A DNA stretch of 63,634 bases, filler included, from Octopus bimaculoides (Eukaryota), in assembly GCF_001194135.2 (NCBI RefSeq). It is 4 parts of 4 records of this genome, joined end to end, with 100 filler letters (N's around TTAATTAATTAA, not from the genome) between each part and the next. Parts side by side here need not be neighbours in the genome. Positions count along the whole stretch, not along the records: positions 30,982 to 46,462 come from NC_068991.1; positions 46,563 to 58,830 come from NC_068982.1; 2 more parts are not named here. One strand, given 5' to 3'. Below are positions 36,673 through 48,809 of the stretch, piece after piece (positions within the stretch are counted from its first letter, which is position 1; each line of letters starts with the position of its first letter). A model generated the notes under the pieces. That model had not been told where the DNA came from. It was given only the letters and a program-made list of their open reading frames with translations, and made no database searches. A program made the translations under genes and the position numbers.

Positions 36673-37201
36673 AATTTTAGTAGACATGTAAAGGGGGAAT
36701 GTGAAAGAGTAAGAGTGTTTTGAAAAGAGAGAGACAAAATCATGCGCGGTGTTAGAGACCAGATGGGAATGTAGTTCGCTTCGGTGAGTTAAGAAGGGAA
36801 GAATTTATGCAAGGTATAGTAGTGTATCCATGTTTTGAGATGGGCAGAAGGGGAAAACTAACGTTTGTGGTTTTGTGGTATATGCGTATGCGTGCGAATG
36901 TACGAGGGTATAGTGGCGAGGGTTGGTGGGAGTGTGAAATATCGGTGTATATGAGCAATCGCTAAGTGTGTGAAGAAATCGTTAAACTAAGAAGGTAGTA
37001 ATAGGTGCGAGTGTGAGCTTAAAGGGAAGGCATATAGGTGTGAGAGAAGTGTATTTAAACAAACTAAGAATTTATTTTGTATGGAATTTGATGTATCTGT
37101 ATTTGTCTACAATCAAAGCGAAGATGCACACGTACAAACATGTATACACACATTCATAGATATAGGCCTATATCAGACACACACACCGCACATATATGCA
37201 T

Positions 37202-37266
<65 letters not shown>

Positions 37267-37809
37267 AAGAAAAGGATAGGAGACAGAAAATGGAATTCAC
37301 GGGACCCTTTTACAGAATCACTATGATTGTTTCGACTCATCATGCACCGATGCTTTACAGGTGATTCTTTACAATCGATTGTCACACTTTGTAAGTCCAG
37401 ATACGTCTCTGCAGTTGACTATTCTAAAAAGAGTACTGCGTTTTTTACCTACCGTTTCGCTTATTTCTAAAACAATACATTTTGGTAAATGTACGCTAAC
37501 TTTTTATATAAACTTTTCGACACAATAGAATTCCTGAAGCAAATTCAGTGGCTAATATATATATTCAATTCTAATCGGCAGAATTTACAAAGTGACTCAA
37601 GGACGGAAAGGTTTGAGTATACCTTTTAAGTGTCATACACGAAACTTTCGGTCTTTTAAGTTACTTTGTAATCGCAACCAATTAAACACACACACACACA
37701 CACATATATACATACATATATATATACATAATAATATATATAATATAATATAAATATATGCATATATCCATACACAAATGTACATACCTACATCTATATG
37801 TATACATAC

Positions 37810-38010
37810 ATGCATATATGGGTACAGGACATAAAAAAAAACGTTAAACTCAATGAGAAACGAAAACATAGAAAGCGAACTATTTTTCGAACAAAGAAAC
37901 AAACAGAGAAACGAGACATGCAACATAAAGAGTATACCCCTTCGTCAGTTGTCCCTGTTTCATCTACTCCGCGTTTCGAAGGCAAGGACAATACGCGACT
38001 TCGTTGAAAC
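37810..38010 (+). repeat. Interspersed repeat family P (probably Penelope-type)
   Basis: GGTACAGGAC..CCCCTTCGTCAGTTG..GCGTTTCGAAG shared with 52520-52633 (+) and 58075-58260 (-); Penelope assignment is inference. Confidence 0.55.
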
Positions 38011-38420
38011 AGTCCTTCCCGCAAAGGAAATTAAATAAAATTTCGAATTTTTTGTGGATGGTGAAAGTGTTAACAAGAACAAGACAGTGAGAACAAGACA
38101 GTAAAAACAAACAGTGAGGGCCGTGGAGCCAAGACGATAGAAAAATTATTATGAACTCTAGGTAGACGAGCCATGAGAAGACAGGAACAGGCACGTCTTT
38201 TCTTTAGGAAGGAAGTAGACAGAAAGAAAGATCCCCTTTCGTCACGTGTTAGCGACGAGAGAGTCAAGGTGGAAGAGTGAAAGAGAATATATATATAAAT
38301 AGTCAATTCAAACATGAACAAGCAAGAAAAAACACGAAAAAAACACGAAAAAACAACAACGCGAGGATGTGGAATAAGTACAGTGTTACTGGACGCTCAT
38401 GAAATGAAAGAAAAGAAAGT

Positions 38421-38462
38421 GGATTTTACGTTTCGAGCAGAGCTCTTCATCAGAAATATAGG
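38421..38462 (-). ncRNA. Minimal type I hammerhead ribozyme (Penelope-like-element type)
   Basis: ATTT-CTGATGA-A-GAGC(TCT)GCTC-GAA-ACGT-A-AAAT: 4-bp stem I, 4-bp stem II, palindromic ACGT stem III, GUA cleavage triplet. Confidence 0.75.
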
Positions 38463-38515
38463 AAAAGTCCAAACGAGGGAAGACAGAGAAAGAAAATCGC
38501 CAACGATGTACACGC

Positions 38516-38554
<39 letters not shown>

Positions 38555-38615
38555 GAGAATGAATGCTCAACACTGAATTGGTGAATAATTTTTTTTTTTT
38601 TGTGCATTAAGTTTA

Positions 38616-38791
38616 CCATTGGTTTCATATCTTAACGATTTTTCAAGCCGATCACATGGAGGAATGGTGCTCGTATCCATTCTGGATGAAAGCATTTTGG
38701 ATCCAAAATGGAGACGAACATCATTCCTTCATGTGATCGGCTACAAATATTGTTAAGATATTAAGACATTTTCTTCACATGATACCAATGG
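38616..38791. mobile_element. Foldback MITE flanked by TA
   Basis: CCATTGGT..ACCAATGG termini with TA at 38614-38615 and 38792-38793; about 55-bp arms ATATCTTAAC..GCCGATCACATG..GGAATG pair with CATTCC..CATGTGATCGGC..GTTAAGATAT. Confidence 0.8.
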
Positions 38792-38869
38792 TAGCCGTAA
38801 TACACAAATATGTATATGCGTATGTATGTATGTATGTATGTATGTATGTATGTGTATATACATACACAT

Positions 38870-39090
38870 ATATCTTTTAACTTTTATCTTTTGTTTGCTT
38901 CAATCATTAGACTGTGGCCATGAAGGAGCACCACTTTGAAGAATTTTCGTCGAATATATTGACCCCAGTACTTTTCTTTTATAAAGTCTGGTACTTACGC
39001 TACCGGTCAATTTTGACGAACCGTTAAGCTACGTAAACATACCAGTACCAGTTGTCAAGCGGTGGTGGGGTATAAACACAGACACAAAGA
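38870..39090 (-). mobile_element. SINE B 3' half, diverged
   Basis: GACTGTGGCCATG..GAGCACC and GACCCCAGTAC..GTTGTCAAGCGG. Confidence 0.75.
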
Positions 39091-41688
39091 CACACACTCA
39101 CACACACGTGCGCACATACACAGACACACACATATGCATCTGTCACACCGGCCATGATGAAATACCACAAAGTATAGAAAATACGTATTCGCCTTTATAT
39201 ATTTAATCCTTTATATTGAACACTCAATATTTCATATATTCAATAAGGCATATTCCATATATTCAATAAGACATTCAATACTTCATTTCATTGTACCATC
39301 CATTTTTATATTTCATATTATATATTACATATTCCATATTGTATATCCCACATTAATTTTACAAGAGTATAAATAAAACATAAAAAACAGACAGAGTTGA
39401 AATTCTTTTAAATAAAATAATATATTCCTCTATACACGATCATACAAAACCCCTNNNNNNNNNNNNNNNNNNNNNNNNNNNNNNNNNNNNNNNNNNNNNN
39501 NNNNNNNNNNNNNNNNNNNNNNNNNNNNNNNNNNNNNNNNNNNNNNNNNNNNNNNNNNNNNNNNNNNNNNNNNNNNNNNNNNNNNNNNNNNNNNNNNNNN
39601 NNNNNNNNNNNNNNNNNNNNNNNNNNNNNNNNNNNNNNNNNNNNNNNNNNNNNNNNNNNNNNNNNNNNNNNNNNNNNNNNNNNNNNNNNNNNNNNNNNNN
39701 NNNNNNNNNNNNNNNNNNNNNNNNNNNNNNNNNNNNNNNNNNNNNNNNNNNNNNNNNNNNNNNNNNNNNNNNNNNNNNNNNNNNNNNNNNNNNNNNNNNN
39801 NNNNNNNNNNNNNNNNNNNNNNNNNNNNNNNNNNNNNNNNNNNNNNNNNNNNNNNNNNNNNNNNNNNNNNNNNNNNNNNNNNNNNNNNNNNNNNNNNNNN
39901 NNNNNNNNNNNNNNNNNNNNTATATATATATATATATATATATATGTACGTATGTTTGTATATATACGCACACACATGCACATACATGCGCTCTTACACA
40001 TATTCACACACAAGCACCCAGTCGAGAGCCAGAGAACGATGAAGGAATCTTTTCGGTAAGGCTGCATTCTTTTTCTCTTTTTACTCATAGCGTGTGTGCA
40101 TGGCGGTGCGAAGTGGGGTGCGTTTTTGTTTGGAAACACCTTCAATTTGAAACTGAAACCGTCTGGCCGGATTTCTTACGTATGAGCGGGACTGTTCTTT
40201 GTAGTCAATCATAATAGGGGACGTACGGCTGCCTGAATAAAGAAGATATTGTAAATGTTAGACGGATTAATAGATTACGTTTGACAACAATGGCTTAATC
40301 CCTTACCTTTAATCTAATCAGCCAATTTAGATTGTCTTTACACCTTTTAGCATTGACTCACGCCAGCCAGTGAGTTAGATTTTTAAACTCCTTTCTTCTC
40401 TGTCGCTGTTATTGTCTATCCCCAGGCTAGCTGTGACTGAACAGCCCTATGATTAAAGATCCTCCAGCCGTGACTATTCCATCTATTTATAAGACAGCAC
40501 GGTACAATATGACAATTTATTTATGGCTATTATGAACATGTCGAAAGCCTACATAGACTTAATGCTCGTCATAATGCTTACGTCGTTGCTTTTGCAATTC
40601 ATGTTCATGATCTCGTCGACGCCGTCATCATCGTCGTCATCATCGTCGTCATCATCGTTGTTGACATCATCGTCATTGTTATTGATGGTGATGGTTATTA
40701 GCCCCTAAGTCCTGATGGAACAAGCTCGAAAGATTTCCAGCCATGATTACATCACGCAATATTCTTCGTGTATCTAAGGTCATATCGTCAAATGTGCTGC
40801 TAAAAGTTAAAAAATATAAAAAAAACGTTGGGTATGATTTTGAGAAAGATATAGCTGCTATTTCTAACGAACGGTTGACCACTTAGAGAATCTGTTATTG
40901 GCTTGATATTATCATCTAGATTTTGTTGTTCTTCTTCTTTAGCTATGATTGCCTAATCATTTGATCAAAGGCGTTCAAGTTGGAATCATCCTGTTTTTTA
41001 CTTCCTTTTTTTTTTTTTTGCAATCTACGTGCATTCAAAACATTATCGTTGTGCACTTCATTTTTGTTTCAGGCAGTATGGTATAGTTTAGGAGAATATG
41101 GTTGCCATTTCTAGCAGTTCGCTCGACTGATAGAAGTTCTCTCGACAGGAAACAAACGAGAAATAAAAATGGTACTTCATTCATAAGGTCAATACCAAAG
41201 AAAGGACTCTGACCGTAACAAGTGAATTGAATAATTGATCAAACAATTAATAATAAAAGACGATAGCTTAATTAACTAATTAGTTAATCATTTGGTAATA
41301 ACAATAAAAAGACGTGAAACAGAATCGCTGCGTATGTTCCTTATTGGCAAAATGACTCTCCCAAAATGCAATACGAATTTCAAAACACGAATTCCCGCCA
41401 AGAATTTGACAAAACAAATACGATAACGAAACCTTGATGTTGACGTTAATTTAAGTTGATAAAGGAAATGCTTCGCAGTGCAAGCTCTATACAATACGTA
41501 TATGCATGTATATAAGTGCGTGTATGTGTATATACATATGCTTATTCTCTTCACTCTTTCGTGTAGATTTATCAACTTGGTTTAACCTCAAAGAGATTCT
41601 CTCACCTTTAATAGTAAAATCACCAGACATAAACCACGTGTGTATATATGTGTGTGTATATATATGTGTGTGTATATATATGTGTGTG

Positions 41689-41731
<43 letters not shown>

Positions 41732-41764
41732 GTGTGGGTGTCTGTTGTGTGTGTGTGTGTGTGT

Positions 41765-41915
41765 AGGACCAGGTGTGGGTGTGTGGTAAGGGTTTTGCTT
41801 TCTAACCAGATGATTCCGGGTTCAGTGCACGGCACCTTGGGAAAGTGTCTTTTACTATAGTCTCTGACCTACTAAAGCTTTGTGAGTGAATTTGGGAGAC
41901 GGAAACTGAAAGAAA
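41765..41915 (+). mobile_element. SINE B 5' half
   Basis: GGGTGTGTGGTAAG..CCGGGTTCAGT..GGCACCTTGGGAAAGTGTC..GACGGAAACTGAAAGAA. Confidence 0.8.
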
Positions 41916-42033
41916 CCTGTCGGACTGTGAGATGACTTAACTGGCCGAAACTTCGAATTCACTGTCAACAACAATGTTCTTGTTTAAGAATGAACGCATA
42001 TATGTACGTATATGTGTATAAATATGTGTATAA

Positions 42034-42064
<31 letters not shown>

Positions 42065-42527
42065 CATACATACATGTATGTATATGTGTGTGCGTGTGTG
42101 TGTATTATGTATATCTGTATGTATGTATGTATGTATGTATGTATGTATGTATTTATGTATGTATGTATGTATGTATGTATGTATGTATGTATGTATGTAT
42201 GTATGTGTGCATGCATGTATATATGTATGTGTATGCACGAGGATTTTGAAGCTTCTGGCTTGGCACCCAAATACATATTTAGCCGACCAGCGTGGGTTGG
42301 ACTATAAGCCGTTGGGGAAGGCAACTAATCTTGGAGATGAAGAACTCTAATACAGAAGACTAATGCATGTTGCACATTAAATTGGTGACAAACATCTCCA
42401 CCAATTTTCTATTAGCATTTCTAAAATGTGTGGTTGGTCCGACACCAGTTTTGTCCGCTGAAAACAAACTGTTGAACCCTTATACATTATAACGGCGGGA
42501 GTATCCACTATATATGTATGGACGTGG

Positions 42528-43113
42528 GAATTAAATAATGAATTAAAAGCAGCGATAGTGTTGTAAACATTATCGACCGCACATACTCAATGTATATGTT
42601 TTGTTTGTTCGCCGGTTCACTGCAGAATAGTGCATGCGGGACGACTCCCTCATAACACTGGGAGTTAAAACACCTGAAAATTATAGACAGGTGACACAAT
42701 TCGTTGTGATCCAATTCAGGAGTGACCTAGCATAATGAGGGAATTGTCTTCCAGGCGCTTAGCCGCAGCGAGCCAGTGACCAAGCAGAACACACATGGAG
42801 CATGTATAACCGATAATGTTTACAATACTAGCGCTGCTTTTAATTCGTTATTGAATTTATTCTTTCGTATGCATCACCATGGCATACCAACAAATAGTTT
42901 TTACACTGTTTATATATAGTCATAGACTGGCGATTCGATTCCAGGTTCGATTCAATTATGTGATGTTGCAAAGCCTCAAGAATGGCGAAATATTGGGATT
43001 GGGGGCGAGTTGTCACGTCTGTCTATGACTTACAGGTGCTCAAACATCCAGTGTTATGAAAGAGTCGTCCCCATAGCGCTAGCCTGCAGCGAACCGGCGA
43101 ACAAACCTGTTTT
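42528..43113. repeat. Complex inverted-repeat cluster (probable decayed MITE copies)
   Basis: 42534-42600 pairs with 42790-42851; 42600-42712 pairs with 43000-43113. Confidence 0.75.
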
Positions 43114-43462
43114 CAGGTCTACTCTGACTCGGATAATAACAATTGTTAGGGTCCCAGCTATGGGTTAACTAGCATGTGAATCACTAGAAGTGAAGCGTTC
43201 TAGTTCTCGTTTGAACTTCCTTCTGGGAGAAAGTAAAGTCTTATGAGAAGCTTGAAATGCAGTTGATTTATGGTCGTCTCAACCATTGGTTCTATCGCTG
43301 GTTGCGCTGAGAAGTGGGTTTAAAGGTGTGCAGCGCTTTACTTACTCAAAACAAATTCTCATAGAGAAACATCTTGGACTTTCACAACGTTTGTTCTGAC
43401 TTTCTGAGTTGAGGGAGCGAAGCTAGAAGTTGAGTTCTGGAAATCAACTTGTAATTTCTACA

Positions 43463-43535
<73 letters not shown>

Positions 43536-43549
43536 ATAAGGAGATAGAT

Positions 43550-43600
43550 ACATTTCTTTTATTAGCCACACAGGGCTCAACGAAGATGGGACAAATACAA
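43550..43600 (-). mobile_element. 51-nt 3' terminus of the GATA-associated Tx1 LINE
   Basis: Matches 25283-25333; 15-bp TSD ATAAGGAGATAGATA at 43536-43550 and 43600-43614. Confidence 0.88.
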
Positions 43601-43605
43601 TAAGG

Positions 43606-43661
<56 letters not shown>

Positions 43662-43692
43662 GGAATGACAGGCAGGCAGACAAAGAGGGATG

Positions 43693-43740
<48 letters not shown>

Positions 43741-44129
43741 TATTCTCTCACACACACACACACACACACATACACATACATATATACAAATATGAATAGA
43801 GGTATTCAGACACGAACACAACACACACGCACACGTACACACACACACACACACACAACACACACACATAACACACACACACATGATCCTAACACAAATA
43901 TAATGGCGAACACCAACATGGTAATCCATTGACTTGCAGTTAAAATAACAATGAATAAATCGGCTTTTACAGTAAGTAAGTTATTGCTTGTATTTCAAGA
44001 CATCTGCCGTAAATCCCAGACGAAAAGCCTCGACATAAAGCCAGGCACACTTCTGCTGATCTTACACCTTTCTAGTGTTTTTTTTTTGTTTCCTTTTTTT
44101 TAAATTTTCTTTTTATCTTCAGATTAACA

Positions 44130-44294
44130 TTATTCCTGTCATCATCATCATCATTATCATCATCGTCATCATCATCACCATCAACGTCATCGTCGTTGTG
44201 GTCTTTGTTGCCATCAAAATAATCACCATCATTATTATTATTATCATCATTATCCTCGACGTCCTTGTCGTCGAGGTCGTTATCATTCCACTTT

Positions 44295-44357
<63 letters not shown>

Positions 44358-44639
44358 ATGTAGTAGTAGTAGTAGCTGTTGTTGCTGTTGTTATTGTTGT
44401 TGTTGTTCTTCTTCTTCTTCTTCTTCTTATTCTTATTCTTCTTCTTCTTCTTCTTCTTCTCCTCCTCCTCCGCCTCCCTCTTGTAGTGGTAGTAGTTGTA
44501 GTATTTCAGATGCTCGTGTTCATTTTCATATCAATCTTGTTCATTTTCGTTCCTCATCATCATCATCATCGTCGTCGTCATCGTCATCCATGATCATCGT
44601 CATCATCAAATTTGCCTTATACTTCTCTTCCACTTTCTC

Positions 44640-44670
<31 letters not shown>

Positions 44671-44680
44671 CCATCATCAA
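44130..44680. repeat. Compound trinucleotide tract (ATC, ATT, ACT, AGT, GTT, CTT, CCT)
   Basis: Direct sequence. Confidence 0.9.
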
Positions 44681-44949
44681 CGTCATGATTACTCGTGTTG
44701 TTACGGAAGAGTGTTGGTGGGGTAACAACAAATGCGATGAGACAATCACTGGTGATAATTCATTTTGATTATTGACATTCCGATTTCAATTCCAGCTGGA
44801 GTCCTTGTGCTTCTGATGTCACGAAAATGAATCCAAGGAAAGATTTGTTTCAACCAATGTTATCGATTCCGCTCTTTCCTCCTTACAAAATAGGTGGATC
44901 TTGTGATTCACACGTTTCGTAAGGCGAGAGCCGAAAGATTTCTGGATTA

Positions 44950-45305
44950 ACGTTACTCGGCGAGGTGAGTAGCTCGGAGATCAGAAAGTCCCTCCAGGTC
45001 AAGTCGCTATTTCTCCACTTTGAGAGGTTACAGCTCCGGTACTACATATATGTGATTAGAATGTCGCAGGAAAAAATTGCAAGACGGATTCTTCAAGATG
45101 AACCAACTGGCAAGGGACCTAGGAGTAGACCAACAATAAGATGGCTGAATAATATCCATAACCTCAGTTGGTTGTGCTTGGGAATCCAGCCGGAAAGTCT
45201 AATGACGGTTGCTTCTGATAGAACCCTATGGAAGAGGTGCTTGAGGACCCTTCCGCTCATGACCCTCCCAAGAATTGTGGATGGAGAAGACAGATGAATG
45301 GATGA
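44950..45305 (+). mobile_element. RTE-clade LINE C-terminal fragment
   Basis: FERLQLRY..VIRMSQEKIARRIL..PTGKGPRSRPTIRW..VASDRTLWK, RTE post-RT motifs. Confidence 0.8.
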
Positions 45306-45314
45306 ATACGCGAA

Positions 45315-45539
45315 ATTCTCAGCAGGGTAAATTGACCGAATCACTAGAGCTTTGGACAAAATGCCTTGCGGTATTTGTTCCGCTTCTTTATGTTCTAGAT
45401 CCAAATTCCGCTGAAGTCAACTTCCACCGAGGCCTTTTGTCCTTTCGGGATCGATAAATCCAATCAAAAACTTGGCGTCGATGCAATCGGTTAACCTCCG
45501 CCCACTAAAATCGCCTGCCTTGTGCCGATAATAGAAAAG

Positions 45540-45601
<62 letters not shown>

Positions 45602-45807
45602 CATTGTTGTTGCTGTTGTTGTTGTTGTTGTTGTTAAGGCAGTAAGTAGATAGAATCGTTAGCACGCCGGACAAAATGCTTAGCGAGCATTTCGCCTGTT
45701 TTTATGATCTTGGTTCAAATGCCGCCGAGGTCGACTTTGCTTTTCATCCTTTCGGGGCCGATAAAATAAGTTCCACCTGAGCACTGGAATCAACATAATC
45801 GACTTAC

Positions 45808-45861
<54 letters not shown>

Positions 45862-45863
45862 CC

Positions 45864-45933
<70 letters not shown>

Positions 45934-46239
45934 TATCAGTATTATTATCATCATCATTATTTTTATTACCGTCGTCGTTGTCATCATCATCATCATCAAC
46001 AGCATCATCAATAGCAATAATAATTCCATCTACTATAGGCACAAGGCCTGAAATTTTGAGGTAAGGAGTCAGTCGATAACATTGACCCCAGTGCTTAACT
46101 GATACATATTTCCTCGATCCCGAGAGGATAAAAATAAATTCGATCTTCGCGGAATTTGAACTCACGATGTAAATAGCCGGAGGAAATGTACCTAAATATT
46201 TTTGTCCGGGGCGGCAACGTATCTGACGGCTCGCCGCCA

Positions 46240-46240
<1 letters not shown>
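45315..46240. mobile_element. Cluster of three SINE A copies (about 45315-45540 +, 45633-45805 +, 46030-46240 -) embedded in (ATT)n
   Basis: Family A blocks separated by ATT/GTT tracts. Confidence 0.8.
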
Positions 46241-46298
<58 letters not shown>

Positions 46299-46300
<2 letters not shown>

Positions 46301-46462
46301 CCCGGATGCAGTACCAGGCAGTGGCTCTCATGGCTTCTGATCTTAATTGATTGGAAGTGTTATCATGTACATTGTTTTGTCTTGGTATAAAAGATGGGCT
46401 ACAGCATATATTCTGCTCAATGCCACAGATTTGTTTGTCAGTTGTTTGACCTTAATCAGTTG
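46299..46462 (-). mobile_element. 3' end of an unidentified retroelement with (ATT)n tail, cut by a gap
   Basis: Unique sequence ending GGTACTGCATCCGGGCA then (TTA)n on the minus strand; no ORF visible, family is inference. Confidence 0.4.
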
Positions 46463-46562
46463 NNNNNNNNNNNNNNNNNNNNNNNNNNNNNNNNNNNNNN
46501 NNNNNNTTAATTAATTAANNNNNNNNNNNNNNNNNNNNNNNNNNNNNNNNNNNNNNNNNNNN

Positions 46563-47268
46563 TCACTTAAAGCATGCGGAACCCATGCTCCATACTTCTG
46601 AACCTTTCCCATCGAGTGAAGATGCTTCTCTATAGCAGTGTGGGAACATTCCATTTTCTCTGTCAGTTCCCTTGTCGTTTGACAAGAATTTTCGTGCAAA
46701 AGTTGGTTTAATCGCTCTTCATCGAACTCAAGTGGACGGCCAGAACAAGGTGCGTCTTTGAGGTCAAAATTTCCGTTTTTGAACTTGGCATACCAATCAC
46801 AAATGGTTCTTTCAGCTATGGTACCCTCTCCATACACAGCACAAATATCGCGAGCAGCTTTTGCGGTCTTAGAACCTTGATTAAAAGCAAAAAGAAGAAG
46901 GTGTCGAAAATGCTCGTTTTTCTTAACCTGACATTTCATTCTAATGATCTGAAAATAAACAAAAATTAACTAAAATTAACTAGAAACCTTCAACTCTGAA
47001 AAGAATGGAAAAATTTACAAACATGATTAATAAAATAAAGAAGTAACATCTTTGAAATATATTTTGTTGTTGTCACTTAAAGCATGCGGAAACCATGCTC
47101 CATACTTCTGAACCTTTCCCATCGAGTGAAGATGCTTCTCTATAGCAGTGTGGGAACATTCCATTTTCTCTGTCAGTTCCCTTGTCGTTTGACAAGAATT
47201 TTCGTGCAAAAGTTGGTTTAATCGCTCTTCATCGAACTCAAGTGGACGGCCAGAACGAGGTGCGTCTT
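46563..47268 (-). mobile_element. Mariner transposase N-terminus plus duplicated fragment
   Basis: 46563-46939 MKCQVKKNEHFRHLLLF..DAPCSGRP..WVPHALS; 47073-47268 repeats 46563-46758 with 2 differences. Confidence 0.9.
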
Positions 47269-48277
47269 CCTAAATGTTAACTTCAAAGCGAAGTTAATTT
47301 TCTTTTTCAGTTTTACATGCGTAGTGTGCCAATAATTGTTTCATTATTTTGTGTGCCACGAAGTCAAACGATTGAGAACAACTGGTTTAAAAGAACAATG
47401 TAACTTTCTTTCACGGTTGATACCTCTGTACTTTTAAGAGACGGAATGATTTGACTCCGATTAAAATCTGAAGCCAAACAGCTAATATAGAAATATCTGA
47501 TTAATGGAACAAATAAAAAAAGGAAATCAATGACTTTTATTACTTTCATTGCATAGCACGGCTAATACGGGAAACAACTCTGTACATGCTTCTGTATTGT
47601 TATGATTTCATTAGGGAAATATACATCGCCATACTAGTAAGTTTTAAAAAATGCTTTATAGCTAAAAATTAAGAAAAAAAATTGCAGAAAACTAGTGTGT
47701 AATCTTTTGTTAATCATGCTTGTGTATGACATTACGAATAAAATATTTTTCAGGACACTTAGGTATTAGTAATGATATTAAGGCCCCTAAATCATATCTT
47801 TAAATAATCTGCTGCACATCTAGATTCCTCATGCGGTGCATCATTTCAGAACAACTTGGCAGAAAAAAAAAAAAAAAACAGACTTGTGATGGAGATCCGG
47901 AAGAAAACGGTTCGTATCTTACGGGAAAGGAAAAGAGTGCGAAAATAATGCGAAAGAAAAAAAATGCATGTAAATTTAAAAAAAAGTGAGAATCTTTATT
48001 TCCATTGTATGAAATAGGAGTACTAAAAAAATGAAAGAAAAAGGAGGAAAAAAGAAAAAAGAAAAAAGAACCATTTCTTTCCTCGTGAAGTGTGGGACTT
48101 TTAAACTAAAACTTTACCAAAATTATCTAGATTATAAATACCTTTCCGTAAATAATGCTACAAGTTTGAGGAGGGAGTGAAACAGTCGATGAATTTGGTA
48201 CAAATACATACAAACAAACTTGAATCCGGATTTGAACACGGAACTTCGAAGAAGTAATTAGAATTAATAACAGTAAT

Positions 48278-48474
48278 ACTTTTCTTCTCCAGGCACAAGA
48301 CCCGAAATTTTGGGGGGAGGGGGAAAGTCGATTAGATCGATCCCAATACGCAAATAGTACTTAATTAATCGACCCCGAAAGGATGAAAGGCAAAGTCGAC
48401 CTCGGCGGAATTTGAACTTAGAAGGTAAAGACACGAAATACCGCTAAGCATTTCGCCCGGCGTGCTAACGTTTC
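48278..48474 (-). mobile_element. SINE A interrupted at GCTAACGTTTC (host)
   Basis: Normal family A tail and body; stops 16 nt short of the head end. Confidence 0.88.
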
Positions 48475-48695
48475 TTATTTCTTTACTGCCCACAAGGGGC
48501 TAAACATAGAGGGGACAAACAAGGACAGACAAAGGAATTAAGTCGATTACATCGATACCAGTGTGTAACTGGTACTTAATTTATCGACCCCGAAAGGATG
48601 AAAGGCAAAGTCGACTTCGGCGGAATTTGAACTCAGAATGTAGCGGCAGACGAAATATCGCCCGGCGTGCTAACGTTTCTGCCAGCTCGCCGCCT
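48475..48695 (-). mobile_element. Chimeric SINE A-prime with Tx1-like tail
   Basis: Head+body 48537-48695, tail 48475-48536 (reverse ..GTCCCCTCTATGTTTAGCCCCTTGTGGGCAGTAAAGAAATAA). Confidence 0.88.
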
Positions 48696-48809
48696 AGATT
48701 AATAAGATCGATAAAATCAATGCAAAAATATTAACAAAGAAAGGTGGGGGGAAAGCAATTATATTATTTAGAAACATTACTAAAAACATGCACATTTTCT
48801 AATAATCCA

